Positions 7,422 to 16,651 of a DNA stretch of 49,994 nucleotides are shown here, piece after piece. The DNA comes from Candidatus Omnitrophota bacterium (GTDB lineage Bacteria > Omnitrophota > Gorgyraeia > JABMQH01). Where the stretch lies: NCBI GenBank assembly GCA_013203355.1, contig JABMQH010000197.1:1-49994 (forward strand). Direction: 5' to 3'. Numbering within the stretch: the first letter of the stretch is position 1; each line of letters opens with the position of its first letter. The notes under the pieces are model-generated. The model searched no databases. It was not told where the DNA came from and saw nothing but the letters and a program-made list of their open reading frames with translations. Both the position numbers and the translations under genes were made by a program.

Positions 7422-10400
7422 GTCTGGCCCGATTTAGCGTTAAGCAGTCATTATTTGTAAATTTGGTGTCCGTTATTGTCGTGATCATTGGGCTAATCGT
7501 ATTGTTAGGGATGAACAAAGAGGTGTTCCCGAATGTAACATTTGATATTGTTACCGTTACAACAATCTATTCGGGCGCCACGCCGGTAGATGTCGAAAAA
7601 CTTATAACTGTGCCGATAGAGAAGGAGCTCAGGCAGGTTGACGGGATAAAGGAAATAAATTCTTCCTCGGCATCGAGCCTTTCTTACCTTCGCATAAAAA
7701 TCGATCCTGACGAATCAGACAAACAGAAGGTTATAAGAGATATCCAGAGTGCCGTAGACAAAGTAAAGGGCCTCCCGAGAGATGTTGAAGACCCGGTGGT
7801 GACTGAAGTTACAAGTAAACAGTATCCGATAATAGAGGTATCCTTGTCCGGGGATATGACGGAGCAGGGCCTACAAAAGCACGCGGATACGCTTGAGGAT
7901 ATACTTGAAGATATAAAAGGTGTCGCGCGTATAACGAAATCCGGATATAGGGATAGGGAAATTCAGATCCTGGTCGACCCGAAAAAAATGAGTGAATATT
8001 ATGTTTCGTTTGATGAAATAGAAGGTGCCCTTGCAGCCCGCAACATAAGCCTCCCGGCGGGGAAGATAGACACTGAGACGACAGAGTATAGCATAAGGAC
8101 CACCGGGGAATTTTTAACCGCTCAAGAGGTCGGAGATGTCATTATACGGGCCAACGATTCCGGTAACTGGTTAAGGGTAAAGGATGTCGCCCGTGTCATT
8201 GACACATTCAAGGATGAAGACATAATAAGCAAAACCCTTGGCACCCGCTCCATTAATCTTATTGCGCTTAAAAAAGGATCCGGGGATGCCTTAGATATAG
8301 TAGATAACATAAGGAAAAGGTGTGCAGAGTATCTCAAAAATCATTCGGACGGGCTTAAAATATCATATGTTAATGATTATTCCTTTTACGCCAGAAGACG
8401 TCTTAATGTGCTGAGAAATAACGGCTGGCTTGCCGTACTTATAGTTATCGGAATGCTGGTTATATTCTTACAAAGAAATGTTGCAGTCATAACTTTTCTT
8501 GGTTTGCCGATAGCATTTTTTGCCACATTCATCGCTATGAATGCTATGGGTATCACTATAAATCTTATGAGCATGTTTGGATTGATCATAGTTCTTGGCA
8601 TGTTAGTTGATGACGGCATCATAGTGGCAGAAAATGTTTACCGGTATATGGAAAACGGCACTCCCCCTCGCGAAGCCGCCATTAAGGGGACAGAGGAGGT
8701 TACGGGCGCTGTTTTAACAGCTGTCTTCACGACGATTGCCGCATTTTCTCCTTTATTGCTGATGACCGGTATTATCGGTAAGTTTATCAGAAATATACCG
8801 ATGGTTCTTATAGCCGCGCTCCTCGCGTCACTTATCGAGGCGCTTATTATTTTACCGTCCCATTTAGCAGATTTTGTAAAGATCAAGCTTGATGGCAACG
8901 GCAATCCTATAGGGGTGGCCAAAAACATGCCCTGGTTCAAGAAACTCGTTTCTTTCTATACGCGGATTGTCCAGGCGGCTATCCGCAGGAAATATAAGGT
9001 TGTTGCGGGATTTGTAGCAGCGCTGATTATGGTTATGGTTTTGGCGTTTACAGTTATGAAATTTGTTCTTTTCCCACACGCCGGCATAAACTTCTTATTT
9101 ATAAGAGGCGAGGCCCCCATAGGCACGCCTTTGAATAAGGCACATGAGCTTATTTTACCGATAGAACGCATCGTCTCCAAATTGCCTAAGAGCGAGCTTG
9201 ATACATTTATTACTACTGTGGGGCAAATATCCGAAGACCGCCACGACCCATTCGCGGGGCAGGCAAGCAATCTTGTGCAGGTAAGCGTTTATTTAACTCC
9301 GGAACAGAATAGAAAAAGGAATGCCGATCAGATTATCACGGAACTACGGGAGAAGACAAAAGATGTTAAAGGATTTGCGGATCTTAGATTTGACAAACCT
9401 GAATCCGGACCACCCGTCGGTAAACCTGTTGAGGCAAGGGCGAGAGGCGAGGATTTTGATATGCTGGATCAAATCGCCAAAGAGTATGTAGATTATTTAT
9501 CTACAATAGACGGGACATCCGATGTTACATGGGATCATAAGCCCGGGAAAGAGGAGATCCGTGTTAGCGTTGATCGCAATAAAGCCACTATGTCCGGCTT
9601 GAGCGTTGAGCAGATAGCCAAGACCATACGGGCAGTTTTTGAAGGGGGGATAGCGACAAAGATCAAACCGGTTAAGGCCGAGGAAGAAACCGATGTGACA
9701 GTGAGGTTCGATAAGGGCGACACAAAGGATATATCCGCATTTGAAAATATCCTCATCTCCAACAAGTTTGGTAATTTAATACCTTTAAAAAAGGTTGCGT
9801 CAATAAAAAAGGTCCCGGGCACGACAACCATTCATCATCTGGATGGGAAGCGTGTAGTTACAACTTCTTGCAATATCGATACCAATAAGACGACCTCGAT
9901 GAAGATAAACGGACTGCTTGCAAAAAAATTCCATGATATCTCAAAAAGATATCAAGGCTATTCCGTTAAGTACGGAGGAGAACAGCAAGAGTCCGTGGAG
10001 TCCCTGCAGAGTTTGGCAAAGGCGTTCTTTTTTGCGACGCTTATCATTTTTTTGATACTGGCCTCATTCTTTAGATCATTGATCCAGCCGTTTGTGGTCC
10101 TGCTGGCTATACCTTTTGGCCTTATAGGTGTTATCTCTGCTTTTCTTCTGCACGGGCTGCCTTTATCCTTTATGGCGATCCTGGGGATCGTGGGATTGAA
10201 CGGTATTGTTGTAAATGATTCTATCGTCCTCGTTAGTTTTATTAACAAATTGCGTAATACAGGTATGAGTAGAAAAGAGTCTATTGTAAAAGCAGTGCAA
10301 ATAAGATTGCGGCCTGTTTTATTGACGACCATTACGACGGTCGGAGGGCTTGCAACAGTAGCTTATGGTATTGGCGGCAAAGACCCCTTTCTGGTTCCCA

Positions 10401-10573
10401 TGGCGCTTGCTATATGCTGGGGGCTTTCATTCGCGACTGTCCTTACCCTTATAGTAATCCCATGTATTTATTCCATCCTCGATGATTTGACCTTAAAGAT
10501 CACCCACAGGTCCAGTATGATAAAATCCGCTAAGGTGAACAACGGAAATAACGGAACGAAACCGCAAAACTAA
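7418..10573 (+). CDS. RND efflux transporter permease (AcrB/AcrD/AcrF family)
   Basis: 1051 aa. Motifs GATPVDVEKLITVPIE, TM4 GMLVDDGIIVAEN and RLRPVLLTT. Confidence 0.95.
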   Translation: MSLARFSVKQSLFVNLVSVIVVIIGLIVLLGMNKEVFPNVTFDIVTVTTIYSGATPVDVEKLITVPIEKELRQVDGIKEINSSSASSLSYLRIKIDPDESDKQKVIRDIQSAVDKVKGLPRDVEDPVVTEVTSKQYPIIEVSLSGDMTEQGLQKHADTLEDILEDIKGVARITKSGYRDREIQILVDPKKMSEYYVSFDEIEGALAARNISLPAGKIDTETTEYSIRTTGEFLTAQEVGDVIIRANDSGNWLRVKDVARVIDTFKDEDIISKTLGTRSINLIALKKGSGDALDIVDNIRKRCAEYLKNHSDGLKISYVNDYSFYARRRLNVLRNNGWLAVLIVIGMLVIFLQRNVAVITFLGLPIAFFATFIAMNAMGITINLMSMFGLIIVLGMLVDDGIIVAENVYRYMENGTPPREAAIKGTEEVTGAVLTAVFTTIAAFSPLLLMTGIIGKFIRNIPMVLIAALLASLIEALIILPSHLADFVKIKLDGNGNPIGVAKNMPWFKKLVSFYTRIVQAAIRRKYKVVAGFVAALIMVMVLAFTVMKFVLFPHAGINFLFIRGEAPIGTPLNKAHELILPIERIVSKLPKSELDTFITTVGQISEDRHDPFAGQASNLVQVSVYLTPEQNRKRNADQIITELREKTKDVKGFADLRFDKPESGPPVGKPVEARARGEDFDMLDQIAKEYVDYLSTIDGTSDVTWDHKPGKEEIRVSVDRNKATMSGLSVEQIAKTIRAVFEGGIATKIKPVKAEEETDVTVRFDKGDTKDISAFENILISNKFGNLIPLKKVASIKKVPGTTTIHHLDGKRVVTTSCNIDTNKTTSMKINGLLAKKFHDISKRYQGYSVKYGGEQQESVESLQSLAKAFFFATLIIFLILASFFRSLIQPFVVLLAIPFGLIGVISAFLLHGLPLSFMAILGIVGLNGIVVNDSIVLVSFINKLRNTGMSRKESIVKAVQIRLRPVLLTTITTVGGLATVAYGIGGKDPFLVPMALAICWGLSFATVLTLIVIPCIYSILDDLTLKITHRSSMIKSAKVNNGNNGTKPQN

Positions 10574-10677
10574 GCTATTTTCGAAGAGGACCCAAGGACT
10601 GATTGGCGGATGCTATTGCAAGAGAGTTTCTTACCGCAATTTAACAAGCGCCTCCCTCAAATTTTTTATATTGCCTG

Positions 10678-10707
10678 TTGACAAACTAACTTTCTTTATA
10701 ATACAAT
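10678..10707 (+). promoter_or_regulatory. Sigma70 promoter of the lysS operon
   Basis: TTGACA(10678-10683)-18 nt-TACAAT(10702-10707). An overlapping TATAAT lies at 10697. Confidence 0.55.
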
Positions 10708-10729
10708 ATAAGGCTATATAGGGGGAATT

Positions 10730-12199
10730 ATGTCTCATGAGATAAATGAGCTAATAAAACAGAGGTTAGGCAAGTTGGATGCGCTAAAGAAGGCAGGGGT
10801 TAACCCTTACGGCGGCGCATTTCCTAACTTATTTGGCATAAAAGGGTTAGTGGATGAATTTACGGCTGATAACTCAAAATTTGCGGCAAAAGAAGTTATT
10901 GTAGCCGGCAGGATTATGGCCATGCGCCTTCACGGGAAGAGCGCATTTTGCGATCTTAAGGATCAGCAGGCAAAGATCCAGATATATATAAAAGAGGATA
11001 TCATAAGCAAAGAGAAGTTTGAAATATTTGAAAAAATTGATATTGGTGATATACTTGGCGTAAAGGGAGAGGTTTTTAAGACGCGCACCGGAGAATTGAC
11101 GGTAAAGGTTACGGATTTTACGCTTTTGTCGAAGTCCTTAAGGCCGCTTCCCGAGAAGTGGCATGGGTTGAAGGATGTCGAGACAAGGTATAGGCAGCGC
11201 TACGTCGATCTTATCGTAAACGACGAAGTAAAAAGTATTTTTTATACCCGGAGCAAGATCGTTACCAAGATCAGGCAATTTCTGGATGGGCGGGGGTATC
11301 TAGAGGTTGAAACACCCATGATGCATCCTATCCCGGGAGGGGCGGCAGGGAAGCCGTTTAAGACGCATCACGAAGCGCTGGATATGGATTTGTATCTTAG
11401 AATAGCCCCGGAGATATATCTTAAAAAATTATTAGTAGGCGGTTTTGAAAAGGTGTACGAGGTCAACAGGAGTTTTCGGAATGAGGGAATTTCCACCAGG
11501 CACAATCCGGAATTTACAATGCTTGAGGTGTATACCGCCTACTCTGATTGCAGCGGCGTAATGAGATTGACTGAGGAATTGATACGCTTTGCCGCAAAGG
11601 AGGTTTTGGGGAAAGAGGAGCTGGAATACCAGGGGCTTAAGATCGATCTTACTAAATGGGAAAAGGTTTCCTTTGCCGATTTAATGAAGCAGAATTTTGA
11701 TATAAACCCGGATGACGATACAAAAACATGGATTCAAAAATTGAAAAAGAAAGATATTCAGCTGGAAAAGAGCATAATATCAAGGACACAGGTTTTGAAT
11801 ATTATCGCAGACCTAATAGAGCCAAAGTCAAAAACCCATCCGGTATTTGTTGTGGATGTCTTTACGGAATTATGCCCTTTGGCTAAGGCAAAACCCGATA
11901 ATCCGCTTTTGACGGATAGATTTGAGTTATTCATTGCCGGGATGGAAGTTGCCAATGCATATTCTGAGCTAAACGACCCTATCGAACAGCGGAAGCGGTT
12001 TAAAGAACAGGCAAAGGATGAAGGTGGCGCCCCGGAGGTAAAGGGCAAGACAGACGAAGATTTTATCCGCGCCCTTGAATACGGCATGCCTCCCGCAGGC
12101 GGGCTCGGGATAGGCATTGACAGATTGGTTATGTTGCTTACCGACGCGGCATCCATCAAGGATGTGATACTGTTTCCGCAATTGAGGAAAGAGGCGTAA
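10730..12199 (+). CDS. lysS: Lysine--tRNA ligase (class II)
   Basis: Motifs LPEKWHGLKD, RYRQRYVDL, YLRIAPE, FRNEG..RHNPEFTMLE and GLGIGIDRL. Confidence 0.98.
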   Translation: MSHEINELIKQRLGKLDALKKAGVNPYGGAFPNLFGIKGLVDEFTADNSKFAAKEVIVAGRIMAMRLHGKSAFCDLKDQQAKIQIYIKEDIISKEKFEIFEKIDIGDILGVKGEVFKTRTGELTVKVTDFTLLSKSLRPLPEKWHGLKDVETRYRQRYVDLIVNDEVKSIFYTRSKIVTKIRQFLDGRGYLEVETPMMHPIPGGAAGKPFKTHHEALDMDLYLRIAPEIYLKKLLVGGFEKVYEVNRSFRNEGISTRHNPEFTMLEVYTAYSDCSGVMRLTEELIRFAAKEVLGKEELEYQGLKIDLTKWEKVSFADLMKQNFDINPDDDTKTWIQKLKKKDIQLEKSIISRTQVLNIIADLIEPKSKTHPVFVVDVFTELCPLAKAKPDNPLLTDRFELFIAGMEVANAYSELNDPIEQRKRFKEQAKDEGGAPEVKGKTDEDFIRALEYGMPPAGGLGIGIDRLVMLLTDAASIKDVILFPQLRKEA

Positions 12200-12207
12200 G
12201 AACGATT

Positions 12208-13377
12208 ATGTGGGAATTTTTTGTCAGTACAAGATATTTATTGGCGAAACAGAAAGAAAGGTTCATATCGCTTACGGGACTTATCTCGATCTTGGGGATT
12301 ACCGTTGGCGTCGCAGCACTTATAGTAGTGATAGGGGTGATGAGCGGATTTGATGAAGAGCTCCAGAATAAGATCATGGGGATGAATGCCCATTTGGTCA
12401 TAGTAACAGATACCCCGATCAAAGAGACAGCTCTTACTGAATTACGGGGGATTGAGGCGGCAGCTGATTTTGTAAGCGGACAGGCCATGGTTAGTAGCGG
12501 CAAAGAGGCGTTCGGGGTTTTGCTGAGAGGTGTAAATTCTGCCGATGAGGTTAAGGTTACTAAAATAAACGAGTACCTAAAAATAGGGCACCTCCCCGCT
12601 GGTGATGATGAGGTTGTTATTGGGAGTGAGTTGAAGAAAAGATTCGGTTTGGGTATCGGGGGTCGGCTATCGATCTTGTCCCTGGGATCAAAAAAACCGA
12701 TCGAGCTTAAGGTGTGCGGGATCTTTACCTCAGGGATGTATGAATACGATTTAAATTTAGTAATGACTAATGTTAATACGGCCCAAAGGGTTTTAGGCCT
12801 TGATAAATCGATAAGCGGCGTTGCCCTTAGGCTGGATCACCCTTTAGAGGCCCCACAGATAAAGAATCAGCTTCAAAAGACGCTTGGTTATCCATACTGG
12901 GTCAGGACCTGGATGGATATGAATAGAAACTTATTTGCAGCATTGAAATTGGAAAAACTGGTTATGTTTATAATTCTGACGCTTATCGTTTTGGTTGCCT
13001 GCTTTAATATTGCAAGCACATTGATCATGATGGTCATAGAAAAGACCAAAGATATAGGGATCCTGAAATCGATAGGCGCGCCAAATGCAAGTATCATGAA
13101 AATATTTGTTTTGGAAGGCCTGCTGATAGGCACGATAGGTTCATTTATAGGTGGGCTAGGCGGCTTATGGATCGCGCGCCTTATAAATAAATATCCGTTG
13201 GTCAAGATATTTGGCTTGCAGGAGATTTATTACTTTGATAGGCTGCCTGTCAGGATCCAGGCGACTGATTTTATTTTAGTTATCGGAATGGCTATTGTCA
13301 TTAGCCTGCTGGCGACGGTTTATCCCGCATTTAAGGCGGCGCGTCTTAACCCTGTTGATGCGCTAAGGTATGAATGA
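12208..13377 (+). CDS. Lipoprotein-releasing ABC permease (LolC/E family)
   Basis: Motifs GVAALIVVIGVMSGF, LVACFNIASTL..EKTKDIGILKSIGA and YPAFKAARLNPVDALRYE. Confidence 0.9.
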   Translation: MWEFFVSTRYLLAKQKERFISLTGLISILGITVGVAALIVVIGVMSGFDEELQNKIMGMNAHLVIVTDTPIKETALTELRGIEAAADFVSGQAMVSSGKEAFGVLLRGVNSADEVKVTKINEYLKIGHLPAGDDEVVIGSELKKRFGLGIGGRLSILSLGSKKPIELKVCGIFTSGMYEYDLNLVMTNVNTAQRVLGLDKSISGVALRLDHPLEAPQIKNQLQKTLGYPYWVRTWMDMNRNLFAALKLEKLVMFIILTLIVLVACFNIASTLIMMVIEKTKDIGILKSIGAPNASIMKIFVLEGLLIGTIGSFIGGLGGLWIARLINKYPLVKIFGLQEIYYFDRLPVRIQATDFILVIGMAIVISLLATVYPAFKAARLNPVDALRYE

Positions 13378-13389
13378 GGGAAGCTTAAA

Positions 13390-14061
13390 GTGTTAGAGGC
13401 AAAAAATATCCGCAAAGGCTATAAGAATGGGGTTAAAGAATTACACGTTTTAAAGGGGATAGATATAAAAGTTGAAGAGGGAGAATTTATTTCGGTTTTT
13501 GGGCCTTCCGGCGCTGGTAAGTCTACGCTGCTGCATATCTTGGGCGGGCTTGATAGGCCGACAGACGGCACGGTTTTCTTAGACGGTAAGGATATTTACA
13601 AATTAAGCGAGAAAGAGAAGGCATGGACACGGAATACGAAGATCGGTTTTGTGTTTCAGTTTTATCATTTGTTGCCTGACTTTACCGTTCTTGAAAATGT
13701 AATGATGCCGTTGTGCATAGGGAAAAAAGGGGTAGGCGAAGAAGGTCAAAAGAAAAGCAGGGCCAAAGATATACTTGATCTGGTAGCGCTGACAGATCGA
13801 CTTGACCATAAACCGCCCCAGCTTTCCGGAGGCGAGAAACAAAGGGTTGCCATCGCAAGGGCGGTTGTTAATAGGCCACGGCTTCTTTTGTGCGACGAGC
13901 CGACCGGAAATTTGGATTCCGAATCCGGTAAGCAGATAATAGAACTGTTGGATGAACTGAATAAGAAAAATAGAACAACAGTAATTGTGGTAACTCATGA
14001 AGAAAAGATCGCCCAAAGGGCAGACAGGGTTTTTCGAATAAAGGACGGGAAGATTTATTAA
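13390..14061 (+). CDS. lolD: Lipoprotein-releasing ABC ATPase
   Basis: Motifs GPSGAGKST, GFVFQFYHLLPDF, LSGGE and DEPTGNLD. Follows the lolC/E-like gene. Confidence 0.88.
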   Translation: MLEAKNIRKGYKNGVKELHVLKGIDIKVEEGEFISVFGPSGAGKSTLLHILGGLDRPTDGTVFLDGKDIYKLSEKEKAWTRNTKIGFVFQFYHLLPDFTVLENVMMPLCIGKKGVGEEGQKKSRAKDILDLVALTDRLDHKPPQLSGGEKQRVAIARAVVNRPRLLLCDEPTGNLDSESGKQIIELLDELNKKNRTTVIVVTHEEKIAQRADRVFRIKDGKIY

Positions 14062-14087
14062 TGGAAGATTAGGAGGCTGGGATTAGC

Positions 14088-15041
14088 ATGAAGAAGAAGA
14101 AAAAAAAGATTAAAAAGATCAAGAAGCACATCAAAAGAAAGGCAAGGACTGTAAAAAAAGAGGTTGTAGTCCAAAAGATTTATATTAATGGGCGCCTCAT
14201 AGAAAAAGAACATGCCAAGATATCTGTTTTTGATCACGGGCTCTTGTATGGAGATGGAGTTTTTGAAGGGATACGGGTGTATGATAACCTGATCTTTAAG
14301 TTAAGGGAGCATATCGATAGGTTGTATGCATCTGCCCAGGCGATAGCGCTTGATGTACCTATCGGAAAAAGACAGATGGTAGACGCGATGATCAAGACTT
14401 TAAGGGCGAACAGGTTAAGGGATGGGTATATACGCGTTATCGTGACAAGGGGCGTAGGGGACTTAGGTCTTGATCCTAGGAAGTGCAAGGGGAATGCCTG
14501 CATTATCATTATTGCAGACAGCATAGCTCTTTACCCCGAAAAACTTTATAAAGACGGCCTTTCTATTATGACCGTTCCGACCAGGAAGAATATACCGGAG
14601 GCCATCAATTCCCAGATTAAGTCTTTAAATTATTTGAACAACATTTTGGCAAAGATTGAAGCGATGAATTCCGGAGCGGAAGAGGCGATAATGCTTAATC
14701 AGGATGGTTTTGTATCGGAGTGTACGGGGGATAATATATTCATTGTGAAAAATCAGAAACTCATGACGCCTCCGGTCCATTGCGGGGTTTTGAAAGGGAT
14801 AACAAGGGGAGCAGTTATAGATTTAACGAACAGATCGAAGATTGCGTGCTCTGAGGAAGTATTGACAAGATATGATTTGTATAACGCCGATGAATGCTTT
14901 TTAAGCGGGACCGCGGCAGAGATAATCCCTGTTGTAAAGATCGACGGTAGAATCATTTCCGCAGGAAAGCCCGGGCCTATAACACTAAAGCTCACGCGGG
15001 ACCTTAGCTTGCTGACAAAGATTGACGGCGTAAGATATTAA
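14088..15041 (+). CDS. ilvE: Branched-chain amino acid aminotransferase with a Lys-rich N-terminal extension
   Basis: Motifs DHGLLYGDGVFEGIR, IKSLNYLNN, ECTGDNIF, LKGITR and DECFLSGTAAE. Confidence 0.93.
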   Translation: MKKKKKKIKKIKKHIKRKARTVKKEVVVQKIYINGRLIEKEHAKISVFDHGLLYGDGVFEGIRVYDNLIFKLREHIDRLYASAQAIALDVPIGKRQMVDAMIKTLRANRLRDGYIRVIVTRGVGDLGLDPRKCKGNACIIIIADSIALYPEKLYKDGLSIMTVPTRKNIPEAINSQIKSLNYLNNILAKIEAMNSGAEEAIMLNQDGFVSECTGDNIFIVKNQKLMTPPVHCGVLKGITRGAVIDLTNRSKIACSEEVLTRYDLYNADECFLSGTAAEIIPVVKIDGRIISAGKPGPITLKLTRDLSLLTKIDGVRY

Positions 15042-15074
15042 AGGCAGAGGGTAGAGAGCAAGGAGAGAATAAGT

Positions 15075-15581
15075 ATGCAATGCGATATATGCGGGAAGAA
15101 TGAATCAACAGTCCATCTTACGGAGATAATCAATAACGAAGTCACAAAACTTCATCTGTGTGAGGCCTGTGCGAAGCAAAAGGCATACGAGATGGAAGAG
15201 CACTTCGGCCTTGCGGAACTTTTGGGTGGGCTTGCGGATTTTGGAGTCGAGATTGAATCAGGCGGGATGTCAAAATTAAAATGCAAGAGTTGCGGTTTCA
15301 GCTATATGGATTTTAAAAAAGCCGGCCGTCTTGGTTGCGGTGAATGCTATGAGGCGTTTAGTAAAAACTTGACGCCACTTCTTAAGAGGATACATGGTTC
15401 AGATCAACATTATGGAAAGGCCCCCTCGAAGGCCAAGAAGATGGTTAAGGTAAGAGATGATATCCAAACCCTAAAGGCCCGTCTTCAAAAGGCGATTCAT
15501 ATGGAAGAGTTTGAAGAAGCGGCCAAGCTGCGTGATCAGATAAAAGGGCTAGAAAAGAAGATGGACAAGGAGAAGAAATGA
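15075..15581 (+). CDS. mcsA: McsA, protein-arginine kinase activator
   Basis: CxxC motifs (CDIC, CEAC, CKSC, CGEC) plus the UVR domain EEFEEAAKLRD. Confidence 0.93.
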   Translation: MQCDICGKNESTVHLTEIINNEVTKLHLCEACAKQKAYEMEEHFGLAELLGGLADFGVEIESGGMSKLKCKSCGFSYMDFKKAGRLGCGECYEAFSKNLTPLLKRIHGSDQHYGKAPSKAKKMVKVRDDIQTLKARLQKAIHMEEFEEAAKLRDQIKGLEKKMDKEKK

Positions 15582-16624
15582 AGATAGATGGTAATTTGAA
15601 TAAGATCGGTGAATGGTTAAAAGGCACCGGACCAAATTCAGATATTGCGATCTCAACAAGGGTCCGCCTTGCAAGGAATATTGATAAAATACCTTTCACC
15701 CATTGGGCAAATAAAAAACAGAGGGAGCAAGTCCTTTCGCTTGTCAAAGGGGCTGCCGAGAATAGTAATTTATTAAAAGGTTCCCTATACATGAGGATGT
15801 CCGATGTCTCCGAACTAAATAGGCAGTTTTTGATCGAACGGCACCTTATGAGTATAGAACATGCACAGGATCCGGGATACAAAGCCCTTGTGATTGAGCC
15901 GAGGGAGATTATAAACGTAATGGTAAACGAGGAAGATCATTTGAGAATACAGGTAATACAGTCCGGTTTCAATCTTACGGATTCATGGCGGCTTGTGGAT
16001 AAGCTGGATATGGAGCTTAACCAGACTTTAAGTTATGCACATTCGATAAAGTGGGGATACCTGACTGCCTGCCCGACGAATACAGGGACAGGTATGCGGG
16101 CATCTTTGATGCTGCATCTGCCGGCATTGGCTATGACAAAGCAGATCAATAAAGTGCTTCAGGCGCTTGCAAAGTTGAATGTTGCGGTAAGAGGCATTTA
16201 CGGAGAAGGTACAGAGGCGTTGGGGAATTTCTTCCAGATTTCAAATCAGGTTACATTAGGAAGGCCCGAAGAATATATTATCGGAGACTTTGAGCGTGTG
16301 ATGCACCAGGTTATTGGCCGTGAGGCCCAGGCCCGAAAGTATTTATTAATGAAAGAAAAGGCCCAGCTTTCAGATAAAATTTTGCGTGCTTATGGAACGC
16401 TAAAAAGCGCGAGGATAATTACAAGCAGCGAAACCATAAACCTTATGTCCAGCATTAGGCTCGGTGTTCATATCGGTATCTTGCCCGATGTTAACATCAA
16501 GACGATTAATGAGATATACATAATGACTCAGCCGGCGCACCTACAAAAACTGGAAGGTAAGATTTTAACGGCGGATCAGCGCGATATGAAACGGGCTGAT
16601 TTGATAAGGGCAAAATTAAAATAA
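15578..16624 (+). CDS. mcsB: Protein arginine kinase
   Basis: Motifs STRVRLARN, VNEEDH, LTACPTNTGTG, VRGIYGEG and QISNQ. Confidence 0.95.
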   Translation: MKIDGNLNKIGEWLKGTGPNSDIAISTRVRLARNIDKIPFTHWANKKQREQVLSLVKGAAENSNLLKGSLYMRMSDVSELNRQFLIERHLMSIEHAQDPGYKALVIEPREIINVMVNEEDHLRIQVIQSGFNLTDSWRLVDKLDMELNQTLSYAHSIKWGYLTACPTNTGTGMRASLMLHLPALAMTKQINKVLQALAKLNVAVRGIYGEGTEALGNFFQISNQVTLGRPEEYIIGDFERVMHQVIGREAQARKYLLMKEKAQLSDKILRAYGTLKSARIITSSETINLMSSIRLGVHIGILPDVNIKTINEIYIMTQPAHLQKLEGKILTADQRDMKRADLIRAKLK

Positions 16625-16651
16625 CGGATAACGACATAGAGGAGGAAAGAA

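Noticed and set aside
10574-10681. Open frame continuing ~35 codons past the RND stop, and an irregular hairpin upstream of lysS
   Set aside because: The length is compatible with chance. The hairpin is weak, lies upstream of the predicted promoter, and shows no lysine-riboswitch or T-box motifs.
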